NCBI RefSeq assembly: GCF_009914755.1 | Contig: NC_060940.1 | DNA: 64,000 nucleotides | Origin: the human T2T-CHM13v2.0 reference genome, Homo sapiens | Strand: one strand, 5' to 3' | Part shown: positions 1-12,290 of the stretch, one piece after another | Position numbering within the stretch: the stretch's first letter is position 1 | How the letters are laid out: each line of letters opens with the position of its first letter | Translations under genes and position numbers: made by a program | The notes under the pieces: generated by a model | What the model saw: only the letters and a program-made list of their open reading frames with translations | Databases searched by the model: none | Told to the model about the DNA's origin: nothing

Positions 1-399
1 CATCTTTGGCATAAGTGTGGCTATTTATTGCTATCTAAAGGATCTGAGTCTGAAGGAAAGATAAACCTAAGTATCAATAAGTTGTGAAATCTGTTTATAT
101 TAGTACCGCTGGGAGTACTGTCTGGATAGCAGTGGCTTCACTAGAAATGCCTAGAACCCACTCTTCTGGTGAAGGCAATGCATCTAGATTAAGGTAAAGC
201 CACTGGCACAGTGCCCATTGCTTTGCCCAATGTATTTGTGTCTGATTTATTTCCTTATAGGCCCACGTTTCCCTGTAAATTGACAGGCACCCCCTCCTGC
301 TGACACTGGACATGCTAGAGCAAACCCTAGATGAGGGCCCATGACTATTTTGAAGGCTCAGCTGCTTAGCTGTGTGTGCAGGAAGGCCATGCACTTTAC

Positions 400-635
400 C
401 CTGATAGCAGCAAATCCCTGGGGGCGAATGGTGCCACAGTCAGGAGAGATGGTGAATTCTTTTGGTTTCATTGAGGATATTTCTTCCTTGGTCCAAGATG
501 GTCTTTTGTAGTCCACATGCTGCTCACAATATGAAATGCTTTTATGGCCAAGGCCATCCCCAGGGATACGCAGTTTGTAAGTCATGGGGATCAAAGAGGT
601 ATTATTGAGGGAACATATCAAGGTATGAGGAAACC
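400..635 (-). CDS. HYDIN: HYDIN coding exon, probably exon 14, 236 bp: (G)FPHTLICSLNNTSLIPMTYKLRIPG...PQGFAAIR
   Basis: Within ORF 358..696; ttttccag|GGTTTCCT...ATCAGG|gtaaag; phase 1 to 0. Confidence 0.95.
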
Positions 636-1371
636 CTGGAAAACAAAATATGATGTGAGAAATAAAAGCCCCCCCAACACCTCCCTTGACCCTCAATCTC
701 CCCTAGAAACTGCTAAGCTTCTTGAATGAACTGTCTGTGCTATTCATTACTACTTAACTCCAACTTGCCCTAAATATTATTTTTATTGTTTCATTCCATC
801 AATAAATACATTTTCATTCATTAATGTATCTACTTTTTCATTTATGCATTCACTCAATGAATATTTACTATGCATTTACTATGTGGGAGATTAAACACCA
901 CATATAAAACAAGCCCCTTGATTGCCACTCAGGCCCTTCCGGGGAGGCAGCCTCTGTTAGTAGTTGGCTGAGTAGTCTTGCGGAAGTATATTTTGCATTT
1001 ATTTCTTACACAAAAATATACATTTTTACATTGAATCATGCTTGCTGTTTTTATTTGCCAGTGTGTGAAAGAAAAAGCCTGCATGGTTTTGCCCCCTGGG
1101 TGACCCAGAGCTTGCCAAGACATGATAGAGTGTGTCCTAGACCTGTCTGGGTATCACGCTCTTAGGGCTGATGACACAGTATCAAAAAATAGCCTTTCCC
1201 AAGAGAGACTTTACAAACTGCTTTAGAGCCAGCCAGAGACTAACACCTGGCTTTTACCTCTCTTAGACAAAGCTGCTTTGTCATCGTATCCAGCTTTGTT
1301 CCGTGAGACTCCTCTCTTAAGAGATGTGGACCTTTCTTGCTTGGCAAGCAATACACTAAGCTCTGATTTTC

Positions 1372-1761
1372 TTTCTTTTCTTTCTTTCTTTCTTTCTTTC
1401 TCTCTCCTTCCTTCCTTCCTTCCTTCCTTCCTCCTTCCTTCCTTCCTTTCTTTCTTTTTTTTTTTTTTTGAGACAGAGTCTTGCTCTGTAACCCAGGCTG
1501 GAGTGCAGTGGTACAATCTTAACTCACCTCAACCTCCACCTCCCAGGTTCAAGTGATTCTCCTGCCTCAGCCTCCTGAGTAGCTGGGATTACAGGTGTGC
1601 GCCACCATGCACCACCACGCCCATCCAATTTTTGTATTTTCAGTAGAGATGGGGTTTCACCATGTTGGCCAGGCTGCTCTTGAACTCTTGACCTCAGGTG
1701 ATCCACCTGCCTTGGCCTCCCAAAGTGCTGGGATTACAGGCGTGAGCAACAGTGCCCGGCC
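1372..1761 (-). mobile_element. AluS whose A-tail has become a (TTTC)n/(TTCC)n microsatellite
   Basis: Alu consensus body; 17-bp TSD actaa[g/a]ctctgattttc at 1355-1371 and 1762-1778. Confidence 0.93.
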
Positions 1762-1859
1762 ACTAAACTCTGATTTTCGATTCCCTAGGCAGCTATTGTA
1801 TCTGATACCACTTTCAGAACAAGAAGAATAATCTATAGACACAGGAGAACAAAAATGCA

Positions 1860-4800
1860 TATTTCTACTGGATGGAAATGCTACTCTTCTACCTTGAACT
1901 CTGCTGTAATAAAATGTACTTGGTCTCTTGGAGTAATGACTGTTGCTGTCGGGGCTATTTTGAGTTGATCTACTTCTGCCTCATGTCTCAGCTTTTGTCT
2001 ACACATTAGGCCATTGGAGGAAACACATTCATGTATCCTTTGTGATAACACACCTGCCAACCTACTTGGAAGATATCTTTCATGGAAAAAGAACTGTGAG
2101 ATTGAGTGCACTTGAAGGGTTATTCTTGGAAATTCCAGAGGAACTGCTTGGAAGGCAGCTTCACAATCATGCTACATGTGACTTTCCTGGACTTACCAAA
2201 TAATGACTCTGGAAACTGTAGATGGCTTAGCCTTATTTGATCTGACCATTTATGAGTTAGACGATCTGTGAATGTGGAGCGTATTATGGAAAGTGGGTAT
2301 TATAAAGAGTCACGTGGTCTTCCAAACCATTGCCCAGACTGCTTCCTTAAAGCCAGAACTTTTTCACAGAATAAAGCCAATTATGACCTCCTAGTTACAA
2401 CAATTTCTTGTACTAGTACCTGTAATATCCCATATTGCTTGTCAAGAAGCCTAAAGGAAGGGGATGCTGATTTGTTAAAGACTGAAGGTCATTAATAAGA
2501 ATGTTACTCCTAGGTTTCTAGTTGCAACCAATCCTAATACTATTCTATCTACAGTTCCACCTGAATGCAAGTACTTTACAGTTGTAGACCTCTATGCTCC
2601 CTTTTATAGGGTCTAGTAGATAAAAAGTCAATATTTATTTGCCTTCTCTTCAAATAATTAACAACATAATTGCACAGAATGTCTCAAGGATTCACAGAGG
2701 CACCTGATCTTTCTCCCAATACTTGTATAATGTTTTAAAACACAACATTCTCAAGAGATTCAATTCTCCTTCAAGATGCTTATTTTCACCTGACCTAAAA
2801 AGCTCCTAAGAAGACTAGCAGAAACTAGCAGCGGAAGATCACAAGGCTGTAAAGGAAAAATTACATTTCTTTAAAAATATGGTATATTATTTGGAACATG
2901 ACGTCTCTACTAGAGAAAGGACCCTATCTAATGAGAGTATTAAATTGATTCATCAACATGCAGGACAAAATGCTAAATTATAATTGAGAGACTGGGGGAT
3001 TCATGGAATATTTTAGACAATGGATTCTTTATTTTTCTAGTAAAGTAAAAATCTCCACAAAGCAAAGGGAACCGTGTTGGCAGATCATTATGCAAATCAG
3101 GTGGCATTTTTGTCATTGTCCATAGAAATAATTCAGAATATGGGAATCAATAAGCACATATATCCAACTCATTTTGGACATAGAAAATTTAGCCTCAGAT
3201 TCAGAAAACAAACGTTGCCTAAAATTGGGAACCTCTGTTCATTCCAATGGTCTCTGGAATACCAACTATGCCCCCAAATCTAAGTGGTCTTTGACAAAAA
3301 TGTTTTATCATACGTAAAACATCACCACCATAGAAGAGAGGAAATAATCTCTGAATAAGAATCAATGGGAAAATCTCTCCTCTGTAGCTGGGGATGTGGC
3401 TGGCTCCTGCCTCCCATCCTGATACCATATCCAGAAACATTGTACAAGTGGGATGTGAGTCTCTGGAATATATGTGGATTAGGCCCAGCTCACAAAGTTC
3501 AGAATATGTGCTTGTAACTGTAAATTCTTTGGATGGGTTTGAGCCCTTCTGTACAGAAAGACCACTGCTGTGACTGTGACTAAGAAACTGTAGACTATAA
3601 GTTTCCCACCTGGGGAATGTTACCTTACACTACAAGAGTTAAAAAGAATTTTATAGTGCGTTAGCCCTTTGATAAAAAATTTCACAATCTTTGGGAAATG
3701 TAGAGCATAAAAATAGTATTACTGATCTTAAGTTGGCCCAGTTCTCCGAGGTTCTGAGTTCCTTGATGAAGAGTTTTACCTTTAGCTCTGATGGCCATCA
3801 GATATGATTAGCTCCCTCTGTAACTCATAGACTATTCACTTTATGAAATAATAACTAGAAGATCCATGTGATTACAAGTATTTCATCAATTTGGGTCAAC
3901 CTTGCTTCATGCAGACATAACAAAATATTGTGAGAACCAGCTCATCTATAAGTTTAAAAAGTCTTCCCTAAAATACCACCCTCAGAAGCCCTCCCCTCTT
4001 TCTAACTGAAGAATGAGTACCCTGAAAAATACACCAATGAAGGTCTTCTTCAGAGCCTTCTAACAACTGACCTTGCAGTTAAATTATGAGGTGGACCTCT
4101 GAGGAAAAAGATGCCCATAGAAGCTAAATTATTGGCTGAAGACGTGTTGAAAAATACTCTCACTGGGGATCTTAAGTAGAGGTTTTCTAAAAAAACAGAA
4201 AAAACCTTCAGAAGCAGATGACCTTCAGAAATAGACTGCTATTTCAAGTCCCTCAGAACAAGCAGACTTTACCCACAGTAGATAGCTTCTGCTCAAGACT
4301 GATGGGATGAGATTTTGTTAGATGCCTGACGTTACTGATTCTCACACTCTCCCTTGCGTGCTTTTGTTTTTCATCATTTTGCCATATTACTCCTTGTTTC
4401 TTATCTTAAGGTTATACAATTTTGATACACCCTGTGATGTCTCCCTTACTGTTATTGACAAGTTGTTTTGGGCATGCTTTGCTCACACCTACTATGATCT
4501 CTTCTGCCAACCCTTCTAAGATCATTCTGTGATCATTACAATCCGGTTTTGCTCCCGACTCCCTACTTTACACCCTCCGAAGGTCAACTTAGATATTTCT
4601 CCTTCAGCTACATACTGCCAATTTATATCAGTGCCATAGAAGAGACACCGGTAATGCATCTTTTGATGCTTTATTTGAACAACTCTGTCCCCAAATCCCA
4701 GACAGGTTATCATATTTTGCAATAACTTCTCTGTCCACATTATTCAATGGCCGAGTTCAATAAATGCTTGGAGGTTTTCAAACTCCTTATTCTCATTCAA

Positions 4801-6680
4801 CACATCCTTGTATCTCCTGAAAAATAGTGGGTTTGCAGATATTTACCTGGGCCTTTAGTGTATCAGCTAGCATGCCAGTTGTTACTTGGTCCATTTATTC
4901 TTTAACACATCCAAGGATTCATCTATGCCTCAATGTTCCTTCAAGGACAATCACCACCCAATTCTATTATCTGACTCTCTCATGCTACTGCAGCTGTAGT
5001 CAACAGAACTAATTATTTCTGGGTAGGTCATCCAACATCCAATCCTACCATCAAAAATCTTTATAGCCATAGAAATTTTAGAAACCAACATATAGTACTA
5101 TTACCCACCACCCATCTATCTCAACATCATCAATTCCAACAGTCCCTGATGCAAAATCCATATCTTCACCACCAAGCAAATAAATGCCACATCTCCAACA
5201 CTAATCTATAACAGACTCCTTTTTAGGAATGGAACTTAGTGTCAATACAGGGATAATACTGTCAACTTTAGTTAGCTTAATGTATTCCCCACTATATTAG
5301 CCTCTGCAAACCTTTTTAAACCCCACATAATATGTCCATCATTCTGAAATAACTAAAATATTCCTCCAATTCTTGGCTTATTCCTGGAATGATCAGTTTC
5401 ACTTTTGCATCAGGAACTATACGCATCCCTATTAGTCTTTCATTCCTGAGCTAATAACAAGCTTATGCTCATCTGTCTCATTAACGCCTCCCTACTTGCA
5501 TATGTGGGGTAATAATTAGAAAGTTTCAAATGTGGCCAGGCACGGTGGCTCACACCTGTAATCCCAGCACATGGGAGGCAGAGGCAGGTGGATCACCTGA
5601 GGTCAGGAGTTCCAGACCAGCCTGGCCAACATGGTGAAACCCCGTCTCTACAAAGAATATTAAAAAATTAGCCAGGTGTGGTGGTATGCACCTGTAATCC
5701 CAGCTACTCGGGAGGCTGAGGCAGGAGAATTGCTTGCTCCGGAGGCGGAGATTGCAGTGAGCCAACATGGTGCCACTGCACTCCAGCCTGGGCAACAGAG
5801 ACTCTGTCTCAAAACAAAACAAAACAAAACAAAAAACACCAAAAAAAAAAAAAAAAAAAAAAGAAAAGAAAGTTTCAAATGCCTCTCCACATCCTCCAGT
5901 GCCACCATGCTTCTTTGTGAAAAGTCTATTTGATGAGAGACCAATCCACCTGGGGAAATAATGGTACTTTGTTGGAGTCATGAGGCTTAAATTGTGGGGG
6001 TCATATAATTGGAAATTAACACAAAATTGCCCCTCGCTTTGGCTGATGCAGTACAGACTCCAGAAGCAAAGCAAAGTAGCCTAAACCCACTGACCCATGT
6101 GGTTTTGAAAACCAGATCGCCTTAGATTTCCTGTTGGCAAGCCCAAAAGGGATGTTATTGCTGACATTTCCTGCCACAATACAGAGAAGATTAAAGAATT
6201 TATAGCATTCATAGCTAAACTAAAAGAAAAGATAACTTGGGTTTTGAAGGTGGATTAAGTTGGTTTTTGAGATAAGTTTCCATGTCTCAGGTTTGGGAAA
6301 TCTTGGGGGTCATGGTTCTGCAGTGTCTTCTGGCCTCTTGCATAGCTGCTATATCATCAAATGGTTCAATAAGATATTACAAAACAAAAGAAAAGTAAAT
6401 TGTTTCTAATTTTCAGCTAAGCTAATTACCAAAACTTTCAGCTGAACCAACTATGAGGAACAGCTGTTGATTTTTATTTCTATAGCTCAAGGAAACTATG
6501 GATAAATTACCCAATGATAATCTTTCCTGCGTCCTAATAAAGGAGGCCCAAATGGAAGATGGTTAAGGGAAAAACCTATCTAACCTTGGAGCATGCGTAC
6601 CTGGTTTCGTGTGAGCCAGAGCTCCCTAACATCAAAAATCCCATTCTAGATCTGATGGAGAATAATGTTATCAATGTCAT
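1860..6680 (+). mobile_element. Decayed class I (ERV1-like) provirus: protease, RT, RNase H, integrase and env remnants, PPT and start of the 3' LTR
   Basis: Frame-broken motifs in order: protease TPANLLGR (~2050), RT CKYFTVVDL...QYLFAF...QGFTEAP (~2565-2705), RNase H end LADHYANQVA (~3080), IN FPTWG (~3605), env ISD-like NQIALDFLLA (~6110-6140), then purine-rich aaaggaggcccaaa-TG (~6540). Boundaries approximate. Confidence 0.75.
5534..5866 (+). mobile_element. AluS inserted into the ERV env remnant
   Basis: Full Alu body and A-tail; 15-bp TSD agaaagtttcaaatg at 5518-5532 and 5867-5881. Confidence 0.95.
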
Positions 6681-7719
6681 TGTTTTGAGGATGAATAAGA
6701 GCCTTTAAATTGACACACAGGTTATTCTTTAAATGGACACACAGGTTATTTTCTTATTTGGCATACAGCATATAGGAAAAGGAGGCGATGATATGAGAGT
6801 TCTGGCAAACAGGAAGAGGAAGTGGAAAGGCTACTCCTTTTGTCTCAGTTGAGTATGGGAAGGGGAAGAATAACAGAGTGGCCACATGTGTACATCATGG
6901 CATCTGCCTTACAGGCCAGAATCTCAGGGATAGGGTGGCTAAATAGGTTGAGGGGATGTTGGAAGCAAAGGGACTTCTGCCTGGCTTTCTTGTTGGGAGT
7001 CTCAGAGCAGACCACTTCACAGAATATTCTCATACCTGCCTGGGGCAGCTAACTCAGGATAAAAATGGTATGCTTACGCTGAAAGGGAATCAGTACTTGA
7101 GGATCTCTCAGTTCCTGTGTGGCTGGAGAAGGACCCAGGCATTACACATGGATACATGGCACCCTTCCTCCCACTCATGGTTCTGGAAGGTAGTTGGGTT
7201 GAGAACAGTGAACTTGCCATGGGTCTGCAACAGGGCTGCCATAGCAAAAGGCCAGGCAACCATACCTCAATGGCTATGAAGGGAGAAGAGAGATTAACTT
7301 CACACTGTCCAACGGAAATACAATGCAAAACACAAATAGGTGACATTAATTTTAACAACATAGTGCATTTAACCCAACATGTCAGAAATATTATTTCAAC
7401 ATGTAATCAATAGTATTTTACACTTACAGCACATCTCAGTGTGCTCAGTAGCTTCATGGGGGAAGCACAGGTCTAGCTCTAGGGAGAATGGAGTCAGTGG
7501 AAGCCAAGTCAGTGTTGGCTCTGCTGGAGCTGAAAGGACAAGCCATCAGTGTTCCCACAATACCTCAGTGGAAATGGGCGCCACAGGTAAGTGGATAGCT
7601 AGATGAGGCACCCCCAGGCCAGTGCCTCAGTGCCCCCCAACTCCTGCCATGCTTGCTTGGTAGTGTGGGAACACATGAGAAATACTAGTTGGGTTATAAA
7701 AAAATACTTAAATTTTCTT

Positions 7720-9630
7720 CACAAAAAATATCTAAGATGATTGAGATTAAGCATCTTTTAATATGTCTTTCATAGACCTTCTATTCTGTTTAAACACTTA
7801 CCAATTCATACATGTCTATTCATCTATTTGCCAATTTTTCTATTGGATAATTTCACTTTTCCTCATGAATTAGCAGGAGTTAGTTTCATGTATTCTGAAG
7901 GTTCATGTATTCTGATTTTAATACTTTGCCTATTATTTATGTTGCAAGCATTGTCTTTTTACTGTGTTCATGAAATCTTTTTGTTTGGAAATTTGCTTAA
8001 TGTTAGGGAGCCACACTTACTAACCTTTTTCTTTATGGCTTTTGCATTGGGCATCTTGTTTAAGACCTTCACACTTGCTAGCATATAAACATAACCACCT
8101 ATATTTTCTCCTGATATTTTAAAAAGTTTGTTTTTCATTGTTAGCTGTTTAATAGATCTGAGATTTTTTTCTGTGAAAGATGTGAGGTAAAAGTCTAACT
8201 TTTCTATTATTTCCAATGGATAACAAATTGTTTCTTTGCCTTTTATGAAGCAGCCCATGCCTCCACTGATCTGAAATTTCACATTGAGCATGTGTAAATT
8301 CCCCTGTAGTCATGGCTTTGTTTCTATTAGTCTATTTGCCTATGCTTTAAAGTACATTATAATATCTGATAAAGTCCACAGTCACTGGTCTTTGTTTCAA
8401 AAATTTATTGGCTCTTTCTGTGAATTTTTCCCCAGGGAATTAACCAATTATCTTCTTCCTGTAGTGTCTGCACATTTATTGTTAGGTTATTTTATAGTTT
8501 TATATTCTTAAATGATATTTTTCAATTATATTTTCTAGTTAATCATTGCTGATATATTTAAAAATCTACTTTTTAATAATATTTTGCTTGAATATCTTGC
8601 TAAACTCTTATTAGTTCTAATGCCTTGTCAGTTAATTACCACAGTTTTTCTAGGTAGAGAATAATACATTCTATAAACCATGATAGTTTTGTTTTTTTCT
8701 TTTCAACTACTTATCTTTTATTTCCTTTTATTTTCTTATCACAATGGCTTGGACCTCCAGGACAATGTTATATGATAGCTTGAGAATAGTTTTTTGTTTT
8801 TTGTTTTTTTTGTCTCTGAAAATGAATCAGAATGCTTTCAACATTAAATTGTAATATCCCAGTCCCCAGAATAGTGTCTAGAACATAGCTAAACTAATAT
8901 TACTAAATATACATTACTAAATGAATAAAGGTCCCCATTAAATACATTTTCCTACTGTAGGTTTTTTCTATTTTTCATTCATCATATTAAGGAATTTCCC
9001 TCCTACTCCTAGTTTTCTAAGAATTTTTATTTCTCATTATGAATGAGTGTTGGATTCTGTGGAATATTTTTCTCAGCATGAACTGAGATGATATAAATTG
9101 TGGTAAATTACATGAATGGATTTCCTGTTACTAAACCATTTTTGGATTTCTGGGATAAATTCTACTTGGTCATGATGTAATTTTAAAAATGCATCTCTAT
9201 GCATGTGATTTGCTAATGCTTTAAAATCAATGTTCATAAGAGAGATGGGTCTATATTTTTCTTTTCTTGTGTTGTTTTACTGTGAATATATTTGTCTCCT
9301 AAAACGAGTTAATAGCTTTCTACATTTTTCTGTGATGTGAGATACATCCATTTCTTCACCATTTGGTAGAACTCACTTGTAAAGCTGTTTGACCTAGTGT
9401 CTTTTCTTCAGGGGTAGATATTTGACTTCTTTTTCAGTATATTCTATGATTATTTTTCTATTCAGGTTTTCTACTCCTTGCGGTAATTTTAATAACGTAT
9501 GTTTTCCCCCAACTCATCCATTTCTCCTATTTTTTAAAGAAGTTGTATATAGCATTCTCTTATCTGTTTTTACTGCCTTAAATATCTGCAATTGTATTTC
9601 TTTCCTGGTTCCTAATAAGAGTTATGAGGG
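7720..9630 (-). mobile_element. Old L1M fragments
   Basis: T-rich antisense L1 ORF2-like sequence, heavily diverged; boundaries approximate. Confidence 0.6.
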
Positions 9631-9939
<309 letters not shown>

Positions 9940-11018
9940 GATTCTTAATTGATGTTGCCCAGATTTGCTAAGTTACGGCAAAATTGCTGGTTATCTCCCA
10001 CTATCCTTTTCCTTCTTCAGGAAGTAACGAAATCCCTAAGTTTTGGTTGTGAATGTGGCCAACAAGAATGAGGCTGTATTTCCTAGCCTTATGTGCAGCT
10101 TGGTTGTGGCCACACCACTAAGTACTCACCAATGGGATATAACCATATGTGGCGTGTACAACTTCTAGGAAGTGTCCTTAAAAGGAAGGGGTGTACTCTT
10201 TTCCTGTCTCTTCCTCCTTTCTGCTGGCTGGAATGTGAGTATGACGGCTAAGGTTAGGGCAGAAAACTTGACCAAGACATAGAAGCTACATGCTACCTAT
10301 GATGGAGTTACAGAATTGAAAGAGCATCCAGTTGCACACTATAAGGACAGATGTTTTTCTTCAGTTTAGAAATTCTCAGCCGCCATCTCTTCAAATATTG
10401 CTCTTTGGCCATTTTCATTCTTTCTCCATCTAGCATTTCTGTTAGATACAAGTTAGAACTTTTAAACCTTTAAACTTAGAACTTGTATCTATTAGATACA
10501 AGTTAGTTAGTTAGTTAGAACTTTTAAATCTTACTTTCCATGTCCCTTTATTTCGCTTTCATGTAGTCTAACTCTTTTGCTTTCAGTGCTACATTCTGGA
10601 TGAATTTCTCAACATTAGTTACTTGTCAATATATAAGTTTTATGCCTGACTGTCAGTGTTTGGGGTGCTCAAGTGGAGAAGACTTCTAGATGAAAGAGTT
10701 TTAGATATTCTTGGAGCTCAATAATGGGCTTACCACTGGTATATAGCATTTACATTAACATTTCAGAGCTGAACTATAGAGTAGATTCCAAACAATGAAT
10801 CAGTATAAGATTTCTTGGCAGTAACTGACTTGGGATGGTTATGTGGACTCTGTTTTCTTATGCAGGGCAATCAGATATAGGGCACATGTTCTGAATGTCC
10901 TTGTGCTGGACTTCCTATTCCAGTGCTGTGGAACGGGGGTTCTTTGTAAACCTTCCTCCTTCCACGTAGAGAAAAGGAATCCTATTCAATTTCTAATTTA
11001 AAATGGAAAACTACTCAC

Positions 11019-11086
11019 CAAAGGAAACATCACCAAAGTGCAGAGCTGGAACATTAAAATGGAAGGTAGGTCCAATGACACAGCCT
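11019..11086 (-). CDS. HYDIN: HYDIN coding exon, probably exon 13, 68 bp: (R)GCVIGPTFHFNVPALHFGDVSF(G)
   Basis: Read by hand as cttccag|AGGCTGT...TCCTTTG|gtgagt; phase 2 to 1. Confidence 0.95.
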
Positions 11087-11785
11087 CTGGAAGGAGGAAT
11101 ACAAGGTGGGGGAGAGGGAGAGAATCCAGTGAATCAGAGTCACAATCAGGAAGTAGGGCAAGGATAAGTACAAAAACCATACCTTGACTTTATGTCAATT
11201 ATAGTATCCAGGATTTAGAGAAATGATGACATGATGGTCTATCACAGTGGTTCTTAAAATTCTTTTTCATGATTCAAACCATGGGTTTTGACAAACAATG
11301 CTGTGGTTAACTTATTATCTTATTTCTACCAATGAATAGGTGAGAGGCAGAGCAGATGGATCACCAAACAAGGGCACAAAATGTTGTTATTTTGAATGAG
11401 ACACATATCATGTAAAGTTATTAATGTGTCAAGAAATAAAAATTATAGGTCTAATCATGTAATACACATCAAAGACTATCATTGATACTAGTAATCCCTG
11501 TCCATGCTTTCATATAAACTGTTCCAATTCCACTCTTACCACTGTGACATTCCTACCACTATGACATTCACTCACTGTGATGTTGGCCAGCCACTTTATC
11601 TCTATCAGCTTCTGTTTCTCTTCCTCGTGTATAAAAGAGAGGACTGGACTAGGTGACACTGAATGACTCTTTACTCTAAATGTTGGTCTATTTCTCTCTC
11701 AGTGTAAGGCTTTATGATCTTGGAGAGATGCTGTAGCTTAAAATAAATAATAGAGAGATTCTATGACTTCTAGCTTAGAAGGTAA

Positions 11786-12290
11786 TGTAGGTAGAATAAT
11801 GGCTCCCAGAGATATCTATGTCCTAATTCCCAGAACCTATGAATATATTAGGTTACATGGCAAAGAGGAATTAAGGTAGCAGATGGAATTAGGGTTGCTA
11901 ATTAACTGAATTTAAGATGAGGAGATTATCCTGTCTTATCCTAGTAGGCCCACTGTAATCACAAGGGTGATTTTAAAAATAGAGGAAAGAGACAGAAGAG
12001 GAGGTCAGAGTGCTGCAATCTGAGAACTCAACCTGGCTTTGAACACAGAAGAAGGAAACTTTGAACAAAGAAGAAGGAATCCAGGAATGTGAGCCGCCTC
12101 AGAAAGCCAAAAAAGGTTAGGAAATGGGTTCCCCTCTAGAGCCTTCAGAAGGAAACACAGCCCTGCCAACACTGATTTTAGCCTAGCTAGACCTGCATTA
12201 AGTCTATAAAACTGTAAAATATTAAGTATGTGTTGTTTGAAGCTACTAAATTTGTGATAATTTGTTACAACAGCAAAAGAAAACTATTCA
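11786..12290 (+). mobile_element. MaLR solo LTR (MLT1E-like)
   Basis: tgtaggtagaataatggctccc...ggttacatggcaaagaggaattaagg...ttgttacaacagcaa matches the MLT1 pattern. Confidence 0.8.

Noticed and set aside
5550-6074. 174-aa ORF and the similar ORFs at 1223-1860, 23559-24058, 29357-29746, 59579-59932 and 61470-61857
   Set aside because: Translations of Alu sequence and their A/T tails.
6704-6752. Short tandem duplications here and at ~11540-11580 and ~27105-27128
   Set aside because: Common slippage products with no motif of note.
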